NCBI GenBank assembly: GCA_044222185.1
Contig: JBGANV010000005.1
Span: 96,001 to 160,000, forward strand
Reading direction: 5' to 3'
DNA from: Planctomycetota bacterium
GTDB taxonomy: Bacteria > Planctomycetota > GCA-002687715 > CAIWVZ01
Length of the DNA: 64,000 nt
The first letter of the stretch is position 1, and every line of letters begins with the position of its first letter. The notes beneath the pieces were generated by a model. The model searched no databases. It had not been told where the DNA came from and was given only the letters and a program-made list of their open reading frames with translations. Positions 10,070 to 20,522 of the stretch are shown one piece after another. Both the position numbers and the translations under genes were made by a program.

Positions 10070-10395
10070 AATTGGTCTCCTTTCGTCGACCCTCTGCGGC
10101 GAGGCGGAGTCGCACTCGTGAGAGTGGACGGCATTCCGCTCAGGGCAGCGCGTGCGTTTAGAGGCGCCTGTCCGACACTCGTCGGGGAACCGCGGCGTCT
10201 CCGCCTGAACATTGAGCCGAGGCTCTCGTGGGGGACACCTGCGGGCGCGTTTTCGGTATCGACTGGTTCGACGCGGCGCATCGCCACCCGCAACGCCATC
10301 TTCACGACAATGGAGTCGTTCAAGCTCATCACCGTGACCCGAGGCGACGCCCGCCAGCAAGGCCCTCAGGAGTGACATCATTACGTGGAGACTAC

Positions 10396-10872
10396 ATCGG
10401 TGCGGGCGACGCAATCGTGACGGCGAACTGGCTCGGACAGACGGCGACCCGGCCGGTTCATGTCGAGTACGTCACCGTGGCTCAGTTTGCGGGCGCAACG
10501 GGAGCGAGCACCGGTTCCCAGCTCACACTGGCCGCCAGCGGTGGCCAGGCCACTCTTGGCAACGCCACCTTCCGTCTTGAGCTGACGTGGGACGGGCCGC
10601 CGGCCCAGACCTACCTGGTCATGGGTCCGCGCGCCATGGAGCAGCCCACCGCGGGCCTGCTTGTGCTCGTCCCGCCGGAGGAGTCGTTCGTGATCCCGTT
10701 CCCAGCGGCAGCGGCGCAGCCGCTCGGGTCCGGCTCCATCCTTCACATCCCAACGCCAATCCCAAACATCCCTGCTCTTGCCGGGCAGATGGTGTTCCTG
10801 CAAGCGGCACGGATGGTCCCCGGCGCGTTGCTGACGGAGAGCGGCGGTCTTCGCCTGATGATCGTCCCGTAA
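10396..10872 (+). pseudogene. Orphan 3' fragment paralogous to the C-terminal ~160 aa of the 7118-10069 hydrolase
   Basis: 'IGAGDAIVTANW...LLVLVPPEESFVIPFP...IPNIPALAGQMVFLQAARMVPGALLTESGGLRLMIVP' aligns collinearly with the hydrolase C-terminus; no signal peptide or convincing start; the upstream part of the ORF is non-homologous. Confidence 0.8.
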
Positions 10873-11222
10873 CCTGACTCGGCAGACCACAGGTCTCGTT
10901 CCGGCCGGCATGCAACCGCGCGCCGCATGCCGCCGCCCGCAGGGCCGTGGTAATGCCGTGAATCTTGAACGGCCGGAGCGCCGTGGCGGTGTCCAGCGCT
11001 CCGGCGTGCGCCGCATCAAGGCTCTCTGTCATCGCCCTCCCCGCGGTTTTCTGGCATGCCCAGAGGGCCCTTCGAGAGTCCCGCTGGCGGCAGGCGATGT
11101 CGAGTTCGTCCGGCGCCGCGATAGCATCTCCCCTGCCGTGGGCGCCGCGGGTCCGCCAGCACCCCGTCGAGCCGGGCATGCGGCACTTCGCGGCGGCCGC
11201 AACACCCCTGGGTCTACCTGCC

Positions 11223-14200
11223 ATGACGGACCACGACCACACCGATGACGTCCGGATCGAGTTCCTCGAACGATTGCGCCGGGACCAAGCAGCGGGCGTA
11301 GTCCGCGATCTTGCCTATTACCACGCCCTCTTTCCGGGGTTCGAGCGAGTCATCGCCCAGGAATGGGAGGGCGGCGACCGCGCACGCGGCGGGTCGACGT
11401 TCGCCGTGTTCGGTGAACCTCGCCTGCCGCCCGTCGCCGCGCAGACTGCGGGCGCGGTCGAGTTCCACGAGCCGACCGGCCGGGTGTCCCAGGATGGCGG
11501 CCGGGGCTTTGGCCCCTACCGCCTGCTCAAACACCTCGGACGCGGCGGGCAGGGTGACGTGTGGCTTGCGACCGACACACGCCTTCCCGGGCGCCACCTG
11601 GCGATCAAGATCCTGAATCGCCGAGACCCGATCCTTCTCGAGCGGTTCCGGCGGGAAGCACTCGCCGCCTCGCTCATTCGCCACCCTGGGATCTGCACGA
11701 TCTACGAGTTCTCCATCGACGGCGAGACCCCCTTCCTCGCCATGGAGTACATCGCTGGCCAGTCCCTCGGCGATCACATCCGAACGGCGCGCATCCACCG
11801 GACGCCTGGCTCGACTACCTCTGGAATCCGGATGGAGGAGGGCCCTCGCCCGTCGCCCGACGCGGCCGAGGCGCGCGCCAAGACCTCCGATCCCGCGCGC
11901 ACGCTGGCGGATCTCGACCGGGTGTTCCGCATCGTGCACCTCATCGAGCAGGTGGCGCGCGCGATCCATGAGGCGCATGAAAAGAATCTCGTTCACCGCG
12001 ACATCAAGCCGGACAACATCCTGGTTCGCGACGGGACCTTCGAGCCCGTGATCGTCGACTTCGGGCTCGCGCATCACGATGAACTGACTGCGCTGACGGA
12101 GGCGGGGCAATTCCTCGGAAGTCTGCCCTACATGAGTCCCGAGCAGCTTACCTGGAACCTGATCAGGCCCGACAGGCGAGCCGATGTCTGGTCGCTGGGA
12201 GTGACTCTTTATGAGTGCTTGACGACCGAGCGACCTTTCGATCGGGCAGACCAGCCGGGGACGGCCCTCGCGATTCAGGCTGAGCCGCCTCCCGATCCGC
12301 GCCAACTGAACCCAACGATCCCACTGCCGCTCCGAGTCGTGATACAGAAGGCGCTCGCGAAGCATCCGGCCCACCGCTACGCCACAGCAGGCGCGCTTGC
12401 CGAGGACCTGCGCCGCGTCCGGGAGCGGGAGCCGATCCTGGCGAAGCCGCCGGGGCCACTCCTGCGGTTGTGGCTGTGGTCGCACCGAAATCCCGCGCTC
12501 GCGGCGGCGTTGTGCGCGGTGTTCGTCGCGCTCGGTCTCACCTCCTACTTCCTGGTGGAATCCGAGATCGTGCGGGGCGAGAAGGAGATCGCACTCACCG
12601 CGAAGGCCGCTGCCCTGACCGACTACGATCGTCTCGGCGACCTCTCGCGCCTCCAGCAACTGACGGCCGCGGCCGACGACCTCTGGCCTGCGGAGCCTTT
12701 GAAGGCGCAGGCGATGGAGGAGTGGCTGAAGCAGGCACGATCCTTGGAAGCCAACCTTCCGGGCCACCGCGGCGCGTTGGCGCGGCTCCGCGAGGCGCCG
12801 GATCTTCTCCCCTGGTCCGATGCCGATCGTGCGAAGGACCTTGCAGCCCATGCCTCGGAACAGGCCGAGATCATGAAGCTGGCCGCGGAGCGCGACGTAA
12901 GAAGGGCCTCACTGGCCGTTGCCGAGTCCCGCGCGACAACCCGACCAGGCGCGAGTCAACCCGCGGCAGAGTCCGCGCCCAAGTGGAAGCCGACCACCCG
13001 CCCGCTCGCCGCCAGCATCACAGACCTGAAGTCCGACCTCGGGAAGGTAGAGGCCCGTATCGCGGAACTGGATGCGCGCGCACACGAACGCCGGACCTAC
13101 CGGTTCGGATCGAACACCGCGTTGCAGTTCAAACATGACACGACGGCGAAGCTGGTCGAAGGCATGACGGCATTCGTGGACCCGAAGAAGGGTCTGCTTG
13201 CGGACGTTGGCGGGCGCCTCGCCTTCGCCGAGTCCGTCAAGCGCGAGACGATCGAGAAGTACAAGGCGAAGTGGGACGCGGCGATCGCCGCGATCAAGGC
13301 CGAGCCGAAATACGGCGGCCTTGAGATCACCGAGCAGCTTGGGCTGATCCCGATCGAGCCGGATCCGGACTCGGGCCTCTGGGAGTTCGCTCATCTTCAG
13401 ACGACGACGCCGGGCGTTGATCCAATCCCGAAGCGGGACGCGCGGAAGCGGCTGATCATCACGAAGGACACGGGACTGATCTTCGTGCTGCTTCCGGGTG
13501 GGACGTTTCGCATGGGGGCGCAGCGCCGCGACCCAACCGACGACACGATGAGCGACAGCGACCCGAATATTGACCCGGAGGCACAGGACACCGAATCGCC
13601 AGTTCACGAGGTCACACTCGACGCGTTCTTCGTGTCGAAATACGAGATGACACAGGGACAGTGGCTGAGGATCGCGGGCCGGAACCCGAGCAGCTACACA
13701 TCCGACACGTGGTCCGATGTGGGCCTCACGAATCCGGTCGAACAGGTGAGCTGGGAGGATTGCGCGGGGTCGTCGGGATGGCTGACACGTCTCGGTCTGC
13801 GGTTGCCGACGGAAGCGCAGTGGGAGTATGCGGCCCGGGGTGGGACGACGACACGCTGGTGGAGCGGGCGCGATCTGGCCGCGGTGGCTTCTGCGGGGAA
13901 CGTTTGCGACCAGGCATTTCGAATTGCTTCGAGTAACCGCGGAGTCGAGACATGGAACGACAGGTTCGTTGTGCACGCGCCGGTGGACAGCTTCGCTCCA
14001 AACCGATTCGGGCTGCACGATGTGATAGGAAACGTGTGGGAGTGGTGCGAAGACGCCTGGCACAACAACTACAGCGGCGCGCCCGTGGATGGCTCTGCCT
14101 GGACGGTACTGGCCCCCCGCTACCGCGTCGGCCGTGGCGGCAGCTTCAACGACGACGCCTCGTTCGCGCGTTCTGCGTGCCGTTGCTACAATACGCCGGA

Positions 14201-14252
14201 GTACCGCGGCGACCAGCTCGGCGTCCGCCCCGCCAGGGGTGTCACGCCGTAG
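11223..14252 (+). CDS. Membrane Ser/Thr protein kinase fused to a formylglycine-generating-enzyme (FGE/SUMF1)-like domain
   Basis: GRGGQG, AIK, HRDIKPDN, DFG, YMSPE, DVWSLG; TM 'LAAALCAVFVALGLTSYFLV'; FGE motifs 'RLPTEAQWEYAARGG', 'NRFGLHDVIGNVWEW', 'RGGSF', 'GVRPAR'. Start set at ATG 11223 by alignment to the paralog at 47040. Confidence 0.93.
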   Translation: MTDHDHTDDVRIEFLERLRRDQAAGVVRDLAYYHALFPGFERVIAQEWEGGDRARGGSTFAVFGEPRLPPVAAQTAGAVEFHEPTGRVSQDGGRGFGPYRLLKHLGRGGQGDVWLATDTRLPGRHLAIKILNRRDPILLERFRREALAASLIRHPGICTIYEFSIDGETPFLAMEYIAGQSLGDHIRTARIHRTPGSTTSGIRMEEGPRPSPDAAEARAKTSDPARTLADLDRVFRIVHLIEQVARAIHEAHEKNLVHRDIKPDNILVRDGTFEPVIVDFGLAHHDELTALTEAGQFLGSLPYMSPEQLTWNLIRPDRRADVWSLGVTLYECLTTERPFDRADQPGTALAIQAEPPPDPRQLNPTIPLPLRVVIQKALAKHPAHRYATAGALAEDLRRVREREPILAKPPGPLLRLWLWSHRNPALAAALCAVFVALGLTSYFLVESEIVRGEKEIALTAKAAALTDYDRLGDLSRLQQLTAAADDLWPAEPLKAQAMEEWLKQARSLEANLPGHRGALARLREAPDLLPWSDADRAKDLAAHASEQAEIMKLAAERDVRRASLAVAESRATTRPGASQPAAESAPKWKPTTRPLAASITDLKSDLGKVEARIAELDARAHERRTYRFGSNTALQFKHDTTAKLVEGMTAFVDPKKGLLADVGGRLAFAESVKRETIEKYKAKWDAAIAAIKAEPKYGGLEITEQLGLIPIEPDPDSGLWEFAHLQTTTPGVDPIPKRDARKRLIITKDTGLIFVLLPGGTFRMGAQRRDPTDDTMSDSDPNIDPEAQDTESPVHEVTLDAFFVSKYEMTQGQWLRIAGRNPSSYTSDTWSDVGLTNPVEQVSWEDCAGSSGWLTRLGLRLPTEAQWEYAARGGTTTRWWSGRDLAAVASAGNVCDQAFRIASSNRGVETWNDRFVVHAPVDSFAPNRFGLHDVIGNVWEWCEDAWHNNYSGAPVDGSAWTVLAPRYRVGRGGSFNDDASFARSACRCYNTPEYRGDQLGVRPARGVTP

Positions 14253-14869
14253 CGCACACTGCTCCAATTCAGAGTTTAGTCGTAATTCATTTGTTTTCGT
14301 CAAAGAGGCCGCGCTGATCTTTCGGCGATCCCCCCCTTTGGGGACCGCCCTGCTGCTTCGAGCGTGGTGACAAGTTGCTGAACGCGCTCGGAATCGAGCT
14401 CGTTCCTGTGGCGTGATCGGGAGCGAATGATGGCGGTGTAAGTCGAGCGCCCTCCGCCCGCGCGTAGTTGGGCAAACGAACGCGGAGATCGGGACTTCAC
14501 CAGGAGCGTCCTGTGCGTCCAACTTCTAATGGAAGTTCCCGTTACATGGTCGGGTGGTTGGAGGGCCTCGGCCAGCGGGTTGACTCCACGAGCCACGCTT
14601 GGCGCAGCCAGGTTCCACTCCACCGCATCCGCCTGCTCACGCTCCGTCTCAATTCCACGCTTGCCACGCGTCGCGCACTCAGACTCGTCCGCGTGCTCGA
14701 TTCCCGTGTCCGACGAAGAATTTCGCGGCCGCGCACGGTCGACGGCGAACGACCGGGCGATGCCCCGCGTGGTGCAGCCATGGGAGACGGCCAGCGGCTG
14801 GACCGCAGTCCGCACCAGCACGACGAACAGAGTCGCGTCAGCCTCTGATCTTGCGCTACCCTCTCGCCC

Positions 14870-15469
14870 ATGCCCTCCAGCATTACCACCCACTGGGTCG
14901 GCCGCGCGTGTGACGGAGATCAGAGCGCCGTTGCGTGGGTTGTCGAGCGATTCTCGCCGCTCCTGGTCAGCCAGGCGAGCGCGCTCTTGCGGACCGCCGG
15001 GCGGCCGGACCTCGACCCGCACGACATCGTTCAGGAAACGTGGATCGAGACCCTTCCCCAGTTGTCGAAACTCGCCAGGCGTGCGAATCGCATCACGCCC
15101 GTGCTCGTCCGGTTTCTCGGAACGATCCTCCAACGCCGAGTCGCACGGGGGACACGACCGCGGGCCAAGGCGACGGCCGTGGTCCCCTTCTCTCCGGATG
15201 CGTCGGTCTTCGATCGGCTGGCTGTCGGTGAGGGGTCACCCGTCCATACGATCATTCGCAGCGAGTCCGTGGCCCGCGTGCGATCCGCGATCGATCAGCT
15301 CGGCGAGCCCAAGCGGTCGGTCGTCCTGATGCGCGCGGTCGAAGGCCTCGAGCCCGCCGAGGTCGGGGCGCGCCTCAACCTGCCCCGCGCGACCGTGAAC
15401 CTGACGTATCACCGCGCCCTGGAGGACCTGCGCGAAACCCTGCAGGACTCCGTGTTCAACGAACTGTGA
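14870..15469 (+). CDS. ECF-type RNA polymerase sigma-70 factor
   Basis: 'GDQSAVAWVVERFSPLL', 'DPHDIVQETW', region 4 'AIDQLGEPKRSVVLMRAVEGLEPAEVGARLNL...YHRALEDLR'. Confidence 0.9.
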   Translation: MPSSITTHWVGRACDGDQSAVAWVVERFSPLLVSQASALLRTAGRPDLDPHDIVQETWIETLPQLSKLARRANRITPVLVRFLGTILQRRVARGTRPRAKATAVVPFSPDASVFDRLAVGEGSPVHTIIRSESVARVRSAIDQLGEPKRSVVLMRAVEGLEPAEVGARLNLPRATVNLTYHRALEDLRETLQDSVFNEL

Positions 15470-15769
15470 TGCCCGTCCACGTTCTGTGGCCGCGGCGTAC
15501 CGACTTATTGAGAAGGCACTTACGCGCGATCGTCGCTCTCGCCTTCTGACGGCCGGTCGCCTTCCCTGAGAATTTCCTCTCGGCCCTGCAATCGGGCGGC
15601 GCCTCGCGGCATTGCATCCGCGAGAAGGCGACCTGGAGCACACCAATGTCGGCGTGCGGTCGCCAGGAACTGGGACGCCCGAGGTCGGGCGCCCCGAACC
15701 CCGCGCTGTCGTTTTGCACGCTGGCTCGAGACGTCGGAAGACGCCGAGGCGCGTGCGGGAGATCCTGCC

Positions 15770-18595
15770 ATGACCCTCGGACTCGTCACTCGCGCTGCGA
15801 TCGTGACCTCCATTCTCGCGCTGAGCTGCGTGATCAGCTTGAACCAGCGGACGCCGGAGTCGCCTCCGAATGCCACGCCTTCGCGGCGCACGGAGCCTGC
15901 CCTTCCATCCATGACGCCGGAGCGCCTGGACTTGATCAGCCGCCTCCGGGCGATGAGCCCCGCTGAGCGCGCTGGCATCTGCTGCTGTTTCGCGCCCAAC
16001 ACGGATCCATCCGTCGTCGCCATGATCAACGAGATCATCGAGGCGGGAATCGACTTCCGACCGGACATCCGCTGGACCACGACGGCGTCGAACCCCAATG
16101 GCACTGGCCTCCTGAACGAGCCGATCACGATCCGATACAGCGTCGTTCCGGACGGGACTGCCATCTACGGATCTGCCGGTGAGGCCTCTGCACCGAGCAA
16201 CCTGGTGGCAGCGTTCAACGCGCAGTTCGGCTCCCCGGCAGTCTGGATGAACCTCGTTCACCAGGTCATGAACCGGTGGTCGGCGCTGAGCGGCATCACC
16301 TACGTCTACGAGCCCAATGACGACGGCGCCCAGCTCGGAACCGTGCAGGGAGCGGTGGGGATCCGCGGCGACGTGCGCATCAGCGGACACACGATCGACG
16401 GTCCGTTCGGCATCCTCGCCTACAATTTCTTCCCCGAGAACGGCGACATGGTGATCGACACATCCGACGTCGCGCTATTCGGCGATCCGACGTCCAACTT
16501 CCGCTACCTGCGGAACACGCTGGCACACGAGGCCGGCCACGGTCTGGGGCTCCGCCACGTCTGCCCCACCAACAGCACGAAGCTGATGGAGCCGTACATC
16601 ACGACAGCCTTCGATGGTCCCCAGTCCGACGACGTGATGGGCGCCCAGTACCACTACGGCGACGACATGGAGCCGAACCAGACGACGGCGACGGCCCGCG
16701 ATCTGGGCTGGCGCGGAAACGGCGCGTTCTCCGTGAACGACGTTTCCTGTGACGCCTTCGGAGACGTCGACTGCTTCAAGTTCAGCGTCGTCGGTGGAAA
16801 GCGCGCCACCATCTCGGTCCAACCCCAGGGATCCACTTACCTGGAGGGGCCGCAGACCGGTGGAGGCTGCACTCCCGGCACCCTTTTCAACTCGCTGACC
16901 GTCGCAAACCTCGCCATCGACCTCATCGGCCCGAACGGTTCGACCGTCATGGCGACTGCCGACCAGAATCCGGCGGGGCTTGGCGAGGTCCTGACGAACA
17001 TGGCCCTCGGCGCAACGCCCGGAGCCTGGTTCATCCGAGTGCGCACGACCGCGCAGACCGGCCCGCAGGCATACTCGCTCACCGTCTCCATCTCGGACGC
17101 AACAACCCCGCCCACGCCCCCGTGCTTCGTTGGGCCGATCGCGAGGCAGGCGACCGGGACACAGCCTGGAAGTGCCGTGCTCGCGGACGTCAACAACGAC
17201 GGGAAGCTCGACGTGATCTGCTCGAACCGATCGACGGACACGGTGTCGGTCCACCTCGGCAACGGGGCCGGTGGACTGGGGAACGGTACGACGATCCCAG
17301 TCGGGAACTTCCCGCAGGGAATCGCGGTCGCCGACCTCAACGGTGACTCGATCAAGGACATCGTGTGCGTGAACCGCCAGGCCGCTTCGGGTCAGACGAT
17401 CTCGATTCTCCGCGGTCAAGGCTCGAACAGCTTCGGAAACGGAACGTTCATTCCGTGGGGCTCCCGCGACTGCGGGGGCACCTTGCCCCGCGCGGTGGCT
17501 GCTGCCGATCTCGACGGCGACGGCGACCGGGATCTCGTCGTGACCAACGAGGGGACCCACAACATCCAGGTCCGCCGTAATGATGGTGTTGGGACATTCC
17601 TGAACGCGGACACGTTCCTGCTCCCAACGCCTGGCGCGCCAGATCAGGTCGTGATCAAGGACATCGACCACCAGAACGGGGCCGACATCATCGTGTCGAT
17701 CAATTCGGCACCAGGGCAGATCCAGATCTTCCGCAATGCGCACGCGGCGACGCTCTCGGCGTCCTTCCCGACGAGCCTGCGCAGCACGATCCAGATCGGC
17801 TCCAACATCCGGGGCCTTGCGGTCGGCGACGTCAACAACGATGGGAATCAGGACATCGTAGCTGTCAGCTGGGTGCTCCCGGCGGGACAGGTGCACGTGC
17901 TGCTCGGCAATGGTCAAGGAGCGTTCACGCTGGCATCGACGTTCACCATCGGGGCACGACCGCTGGACCTTCAACTGGCGGATTTCAACGTTGACGGGAA
18001 ACTTGACGCTGTGGTCGTCAACGAGAACTCGAACACGATCAGCGTCCTCGAGGGCGACGGGACGGGGCAGTTTGCCCGCGAGTGCTGCCTTGGCACCGGG
18101 CCGGCACCCGTCTCCGTCGCGGTTGGCGACATGAATGGCGACAACCACACGGACATGGCCGTGACTGTGCGCAATGCGAACCAGATCTGGACGTGGGTCA
18201 ATGCCGCCGGCAGCCTCACGGTCCCCCGGACCTACTCCGCGCAAGCATCGCTCCCCCTCGCGTTGCCGATCGTTGCACCCGGCTTGCCCAACCAGCCATA
18301 CGGAGTGCTCCTGAGCGTCAGCCCGCCACACCCGGCGACCACATTTGGAGCTGGGGTCATCGCCCTGACGCCAGACGCCGTGACGGCCGCTGGCATTCAG
18401 TTGGCCATGGCGGATTCGCCGTGGCTGCCCAACGGGATCGGAACGCTTGATTCGACCGGAAACGCGACAGCGTTCTTCGTCCCTCAGGTATCGTTCTCGC
18501 CCACCCTCGTCGGCCTCGTGCTTCGCTTCAACGTGGTCGTTGGGGCCTCGACAGACAAGGCGATAAGCACGGTGCCGATGACGCTCGTACCGTAG
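15770..18595 (+). CDS. Exported matrixin (M10-like) zinc metalloprotease with PPC-like domain, FG-GAP/VCBS repeats and C-terminal putative sorting domain
   Basis: 'HEAGHGLGLRH' (HExxHxxGxxH) with Met-turn 'LMEP'; 'CCCFAP' propeptide; repeats 'ADVNNDGKLD', 'ADLNGDSIKD', 'ADLDGDGDRD', 'GDVNNDGNQD', 'ADFNVDGKLD', 'GDMNGDNHTD'. Confidence 0.92.
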   Translation: MTLGLVTRAAIVTSILALSCVISLNQRTPESPPNATPSRRTEPALPSMTPERLDLISRLRAMSPAERAGICCCFAPNTDPSVVAMINEIIEAGIDFRPDIRWTTTASNPNGTGLLNEPITIRYSVVPDGTAIYGSAGEASAPSNLVAAFNAQFGSPAVWMNLVHQVMNRWSALSGITYVYEPNDDGAQLGTVQGAVGIRGDVRISGHTIDGPFGILAYNFFPENGDMVIDTSDVALFGDPTSNFRYLRNTLAHEAGHGLGLRHVCPTNSTKLMEPYITTAFDGPQSDDVMGAQYHYGDDMEPNQTTATARDLGWRGNGAFSVNDVSCDAFGDVDCFKFSVVGGKRATISVQPQGSTYLEGPQTGGGCTPGTLFNSLTVANLAIDLIGPNGSTVMATADQNPAGLGEVLTNMALGATPGAWFIRVRTTAQTGPQAYSLTVSISDATTPPTPPCFVGPIARQATGTQPGSAVLADVNNDGKLDVICSNRSTDTVSVHLGNGAGGLGNGTTIPVGNFPQGIAVADLNGDSIKDIVCVNRQAASGQTISILRGQGSNSFGNGTFIPWGSRDCGGTLPRAVAAADLDGDGDRDLVVTNEGTHNIQVRRNDGVGTFLNADTFLLPTPGAPDQVVIKDIDHQNGADIIVSINSAPGQIQIFRNAHAATLSASFPTSLRSTIQIGSNIRGLAVGDVNNDGNQDIVAVSWVLPAGQVHVLLGNGQGAFTLASTFTIGARPLDLQLADFNVDGKLDAVVVNENSNTISVLEGDGTGQFARECCLGTGPAPVSVAVGDMNGDNHTDMAVTVRNANQIWTWVNAAGSLTVPRTYSAQASLPLALPIVAPGLPNQPYGVLLSVSPPHPATTFGAGVIALTPDAVTAAGIQLAMADSPWLPNGIGTLDSTGNATAFFVPQVSFSPTLVGLVLRFNVVVGASTDKAISTVPMTLVP

Positions 18596-18631
18596 TCGCA
18601 AGTGTGAATGCTCGTCGTGCGCTCGTCCCCA

Positions 18632-18678
18632 CCGACGGCCGCCGATGATCTCGGACTCGACGGCGGTGCAGCCGTCGG
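18632..18678. terminator. Hairpin between convergent genes (possible bidirectional terminator)
   Basis: CCGACGGC...GCCGTCGG outer stem with inner CGCCG/CGGCG; no clear U-tract. Confidence 0.35.
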
Positions 18679-18713
18679 GCCGCACGAGTTACCGGTGGTG
18701 CTGGCGACATTGG

Positions 18714-20522
18714 TCACCTCCCCAACACCCCCGCCACGATCAGCAGCGCGACGGCGACGCCCATGAGGCTTTCGCCAGCGATCAGCCCGGAAGCGGCGGG
18801 GGTGACGTAGCGCTCGGCGAACGCGGGCTTCAGGCGGCGGAGGATGAGAGCGAGCAGGCCGCCGATGAACATGGAAACGGAGTTGGATCCGGGCACGACC
18901 ATGGCGAGCCCCAGCCCGGACGGCGACGGGACCCAGGCCTTCACGCGCTTGGGCGCGAACTTCTCGAGGAGCGCGAGGGCGACGCCGAGGACGAGCCCCA
19001 CGAGCACGGCCTGACGCGCCTCGCTGCCGAGCGCGCTGATCCCGTCGGCGAAGACCTTCGACACGTTCGCCCACACGACGCAGGACGGAGCGGGCCAGGC
19101 ATCGGAGCCGAGAACCTCGGGATTGGGGATGAGGAGGTTGAATGCCGGCACGATCACCGCGGCGCCGGCGATCACGCCGAAGAGCTGGGCGAAGAACTGG
19201 GCGCGCGGGCTGCCACCGAGCAGCTTGCCCGTCTTCAACGTCGTGAGGAGATCGGCCGCGTGCAGGCCCACTCCCCCGGTCACGTTGGCACTCATGATGT
19301 TGCCGGCGAGGTTGCCGGGCGTGAGCACGCCGTAGAGAAGCTGGGTCACGGGCCCGAGCGCCTTCGTCGGCGTGACGTCCGTGTCACCGGTCACGCGGGC
19401 TGCGACGAATCCCATGAGGACGGAGAGTGGCGCGGCGATCGCCCCGGCCCATACGGGGATGCCGAACAACGTCGTCATGAGAAACACGACGATCGGCGAG
19501 AGCACGATGAACCCCAGCGCGAACCATGCCGGAGGGACTTCCGTGCGCTCGATCGGCTCGTCGCGGCGCCCGAACGCGCCGGTCATGCCGGAGAACGCCC
19601 GTGCCACGCTCCGCCAGTCGAGCAGGAACGACGTCAGTCCCGAGGCCACGAGGATCGCTGCGCCCGGCCAGACCGACCACCCGACGATGAGTTTGTACGA
19701 CGGGCTGGCGATCACGCCGCGGGCGACGAGGTCCGGCGCGAGCACGCCGTAGGTCAGGACGCCTCCGAGCAGGAGCGACCAGGTTGTGCGGAAGCTCATG
19801 AGCGCGCCCGCGCCGACGAGGACGACCTCCGCTTTGATGGCCAACGTCCAGTCGGTCGCGGCCCGGCCGGCGATCTTCAGGGGAACGGGAAGCACACCGG
19901 GAACGTTGAACGGCATCCACGCCGCCTTCGCATCGCGAAACCACGTGAGGATGGCGGCAGCCGCCGCGGCGATCCCGAGCGCCTTCGACTTGGCGCGACC
20001 GTCGGATGCGGCGACGCTGGCGGCGCCGGCCGAGTCCCCCGCGTGAAGCGATCGGATCGTCTCCGCCGTCGCCGTGCCCGTGGGGAACACGAGCGCCTCC
20101 ACGTCGATGAGCTGGCGCTTGATCGGGATCGCGACGAACACGCCCAGCGCCGCGATCGCCCCGAACCACGCGATCATCGCCGTCGAGTCGGGCCGCGCCG
20201 TCGTCACCATGAGGAGCGCGCCGAACGCCGCCATGTTGCCGCCGCCGGTCATGTAACCCGCGCCGGACGCCACGGTCGTGAGCACGTTGTTCTCGAGCGC
20301 GAGCAACGGGCGCTTCGCGATGCCCGCGGCGCGCAATCCGCCGAACAGCGCGAAGGCCAGGATCGCCGCCGTGATCGTCACGCCCATGGACCACCCCGTC
20401 TTGAAGAAGACGTAGAGGTTCGAGAGGCACATGACGACGCCGAGCAACATGCCGGCGATCACGGCGCGAACGGTGAGTTCGGACGGAGATGAAGACGTCG
20501 GATTCGTTGTGCTCGGATTCAT
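18714..20522 (-). CDS. OPT/YSL-family oligopeptide transporter
   Basis: 'ELTVRAVIAGMLLG...SNLY..FKTGW', 'LENN', 'FPTGTATAE', 'TGDTDVTP', 'DLLTTLKTG.LLG.SPRAQF.AQ', 'ASGLIAGESL'; many TM helices; start at ATG 20522. Confidence 0.93.
   Translation of the reverse strand: MNPSTTNPTSSSPSELTVRAVIAGMLLGVVMCLSNLYVFFKTGWSMGVTITAAILAFALFGGLRAAGIAKRPLLALENNVLTTVASGAGYMTGGGNMAAFGALLMVTTARPDSTAMIAWFGAIAALGVFVAIPIKRQLIDVEALVFPTGTATAETIRSLHAGDSAGAASVAASDGRAKSKALGIAAAAAAILTWFRDAKAAWMPFNVPGVLPVPLKIAGRAATDWTLAIKAEVVLVGAGALMSFRTTWSLLLGGVLTYGVLAPDLVARGVIASPSYKLIVGWSVWPGAAILVASGLTSFLLDWRSVARAFSGMTGAFGRRDEPIERTEVPPAWFALGFIVLSPIVVFLMTTLFGIPVWAGAIAAPLSVLMGFVAARVTGDTDVTPTKALGPVTQLLYGVLTPGNLAGNIMSANVTGGVGLHAADLLTTLKTGKLLGGSPRAQFFAQLFGVIAGAAVIVPAFNLLIPNPEVLGSDAWPAPSCVVWANVSKVFADGISALGSEARQAVLVGLVLGVALALLEKFAPKRVKAWVPSPSGLGLAMVVPGSNSVSMFIGGLLALILRRLKPAFAERYVTPAASGLIAGESLMGVAVALLIVAGVLGR

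Noticed and set aside
10118-10375. 85-aa ORF between the hydrolase and the orphan cassette
   Set aside because: No recognisable motif or RBS; it overlaps the probable promoter region of the hydrolase.
7118-10872. Diversity-generating retroelement template/variable repeat pair
   Set aside because: Differences between the two copies do not look adenine-specific, the repeat is ~480 nt and inverted, and no reverse transcriptase is present.
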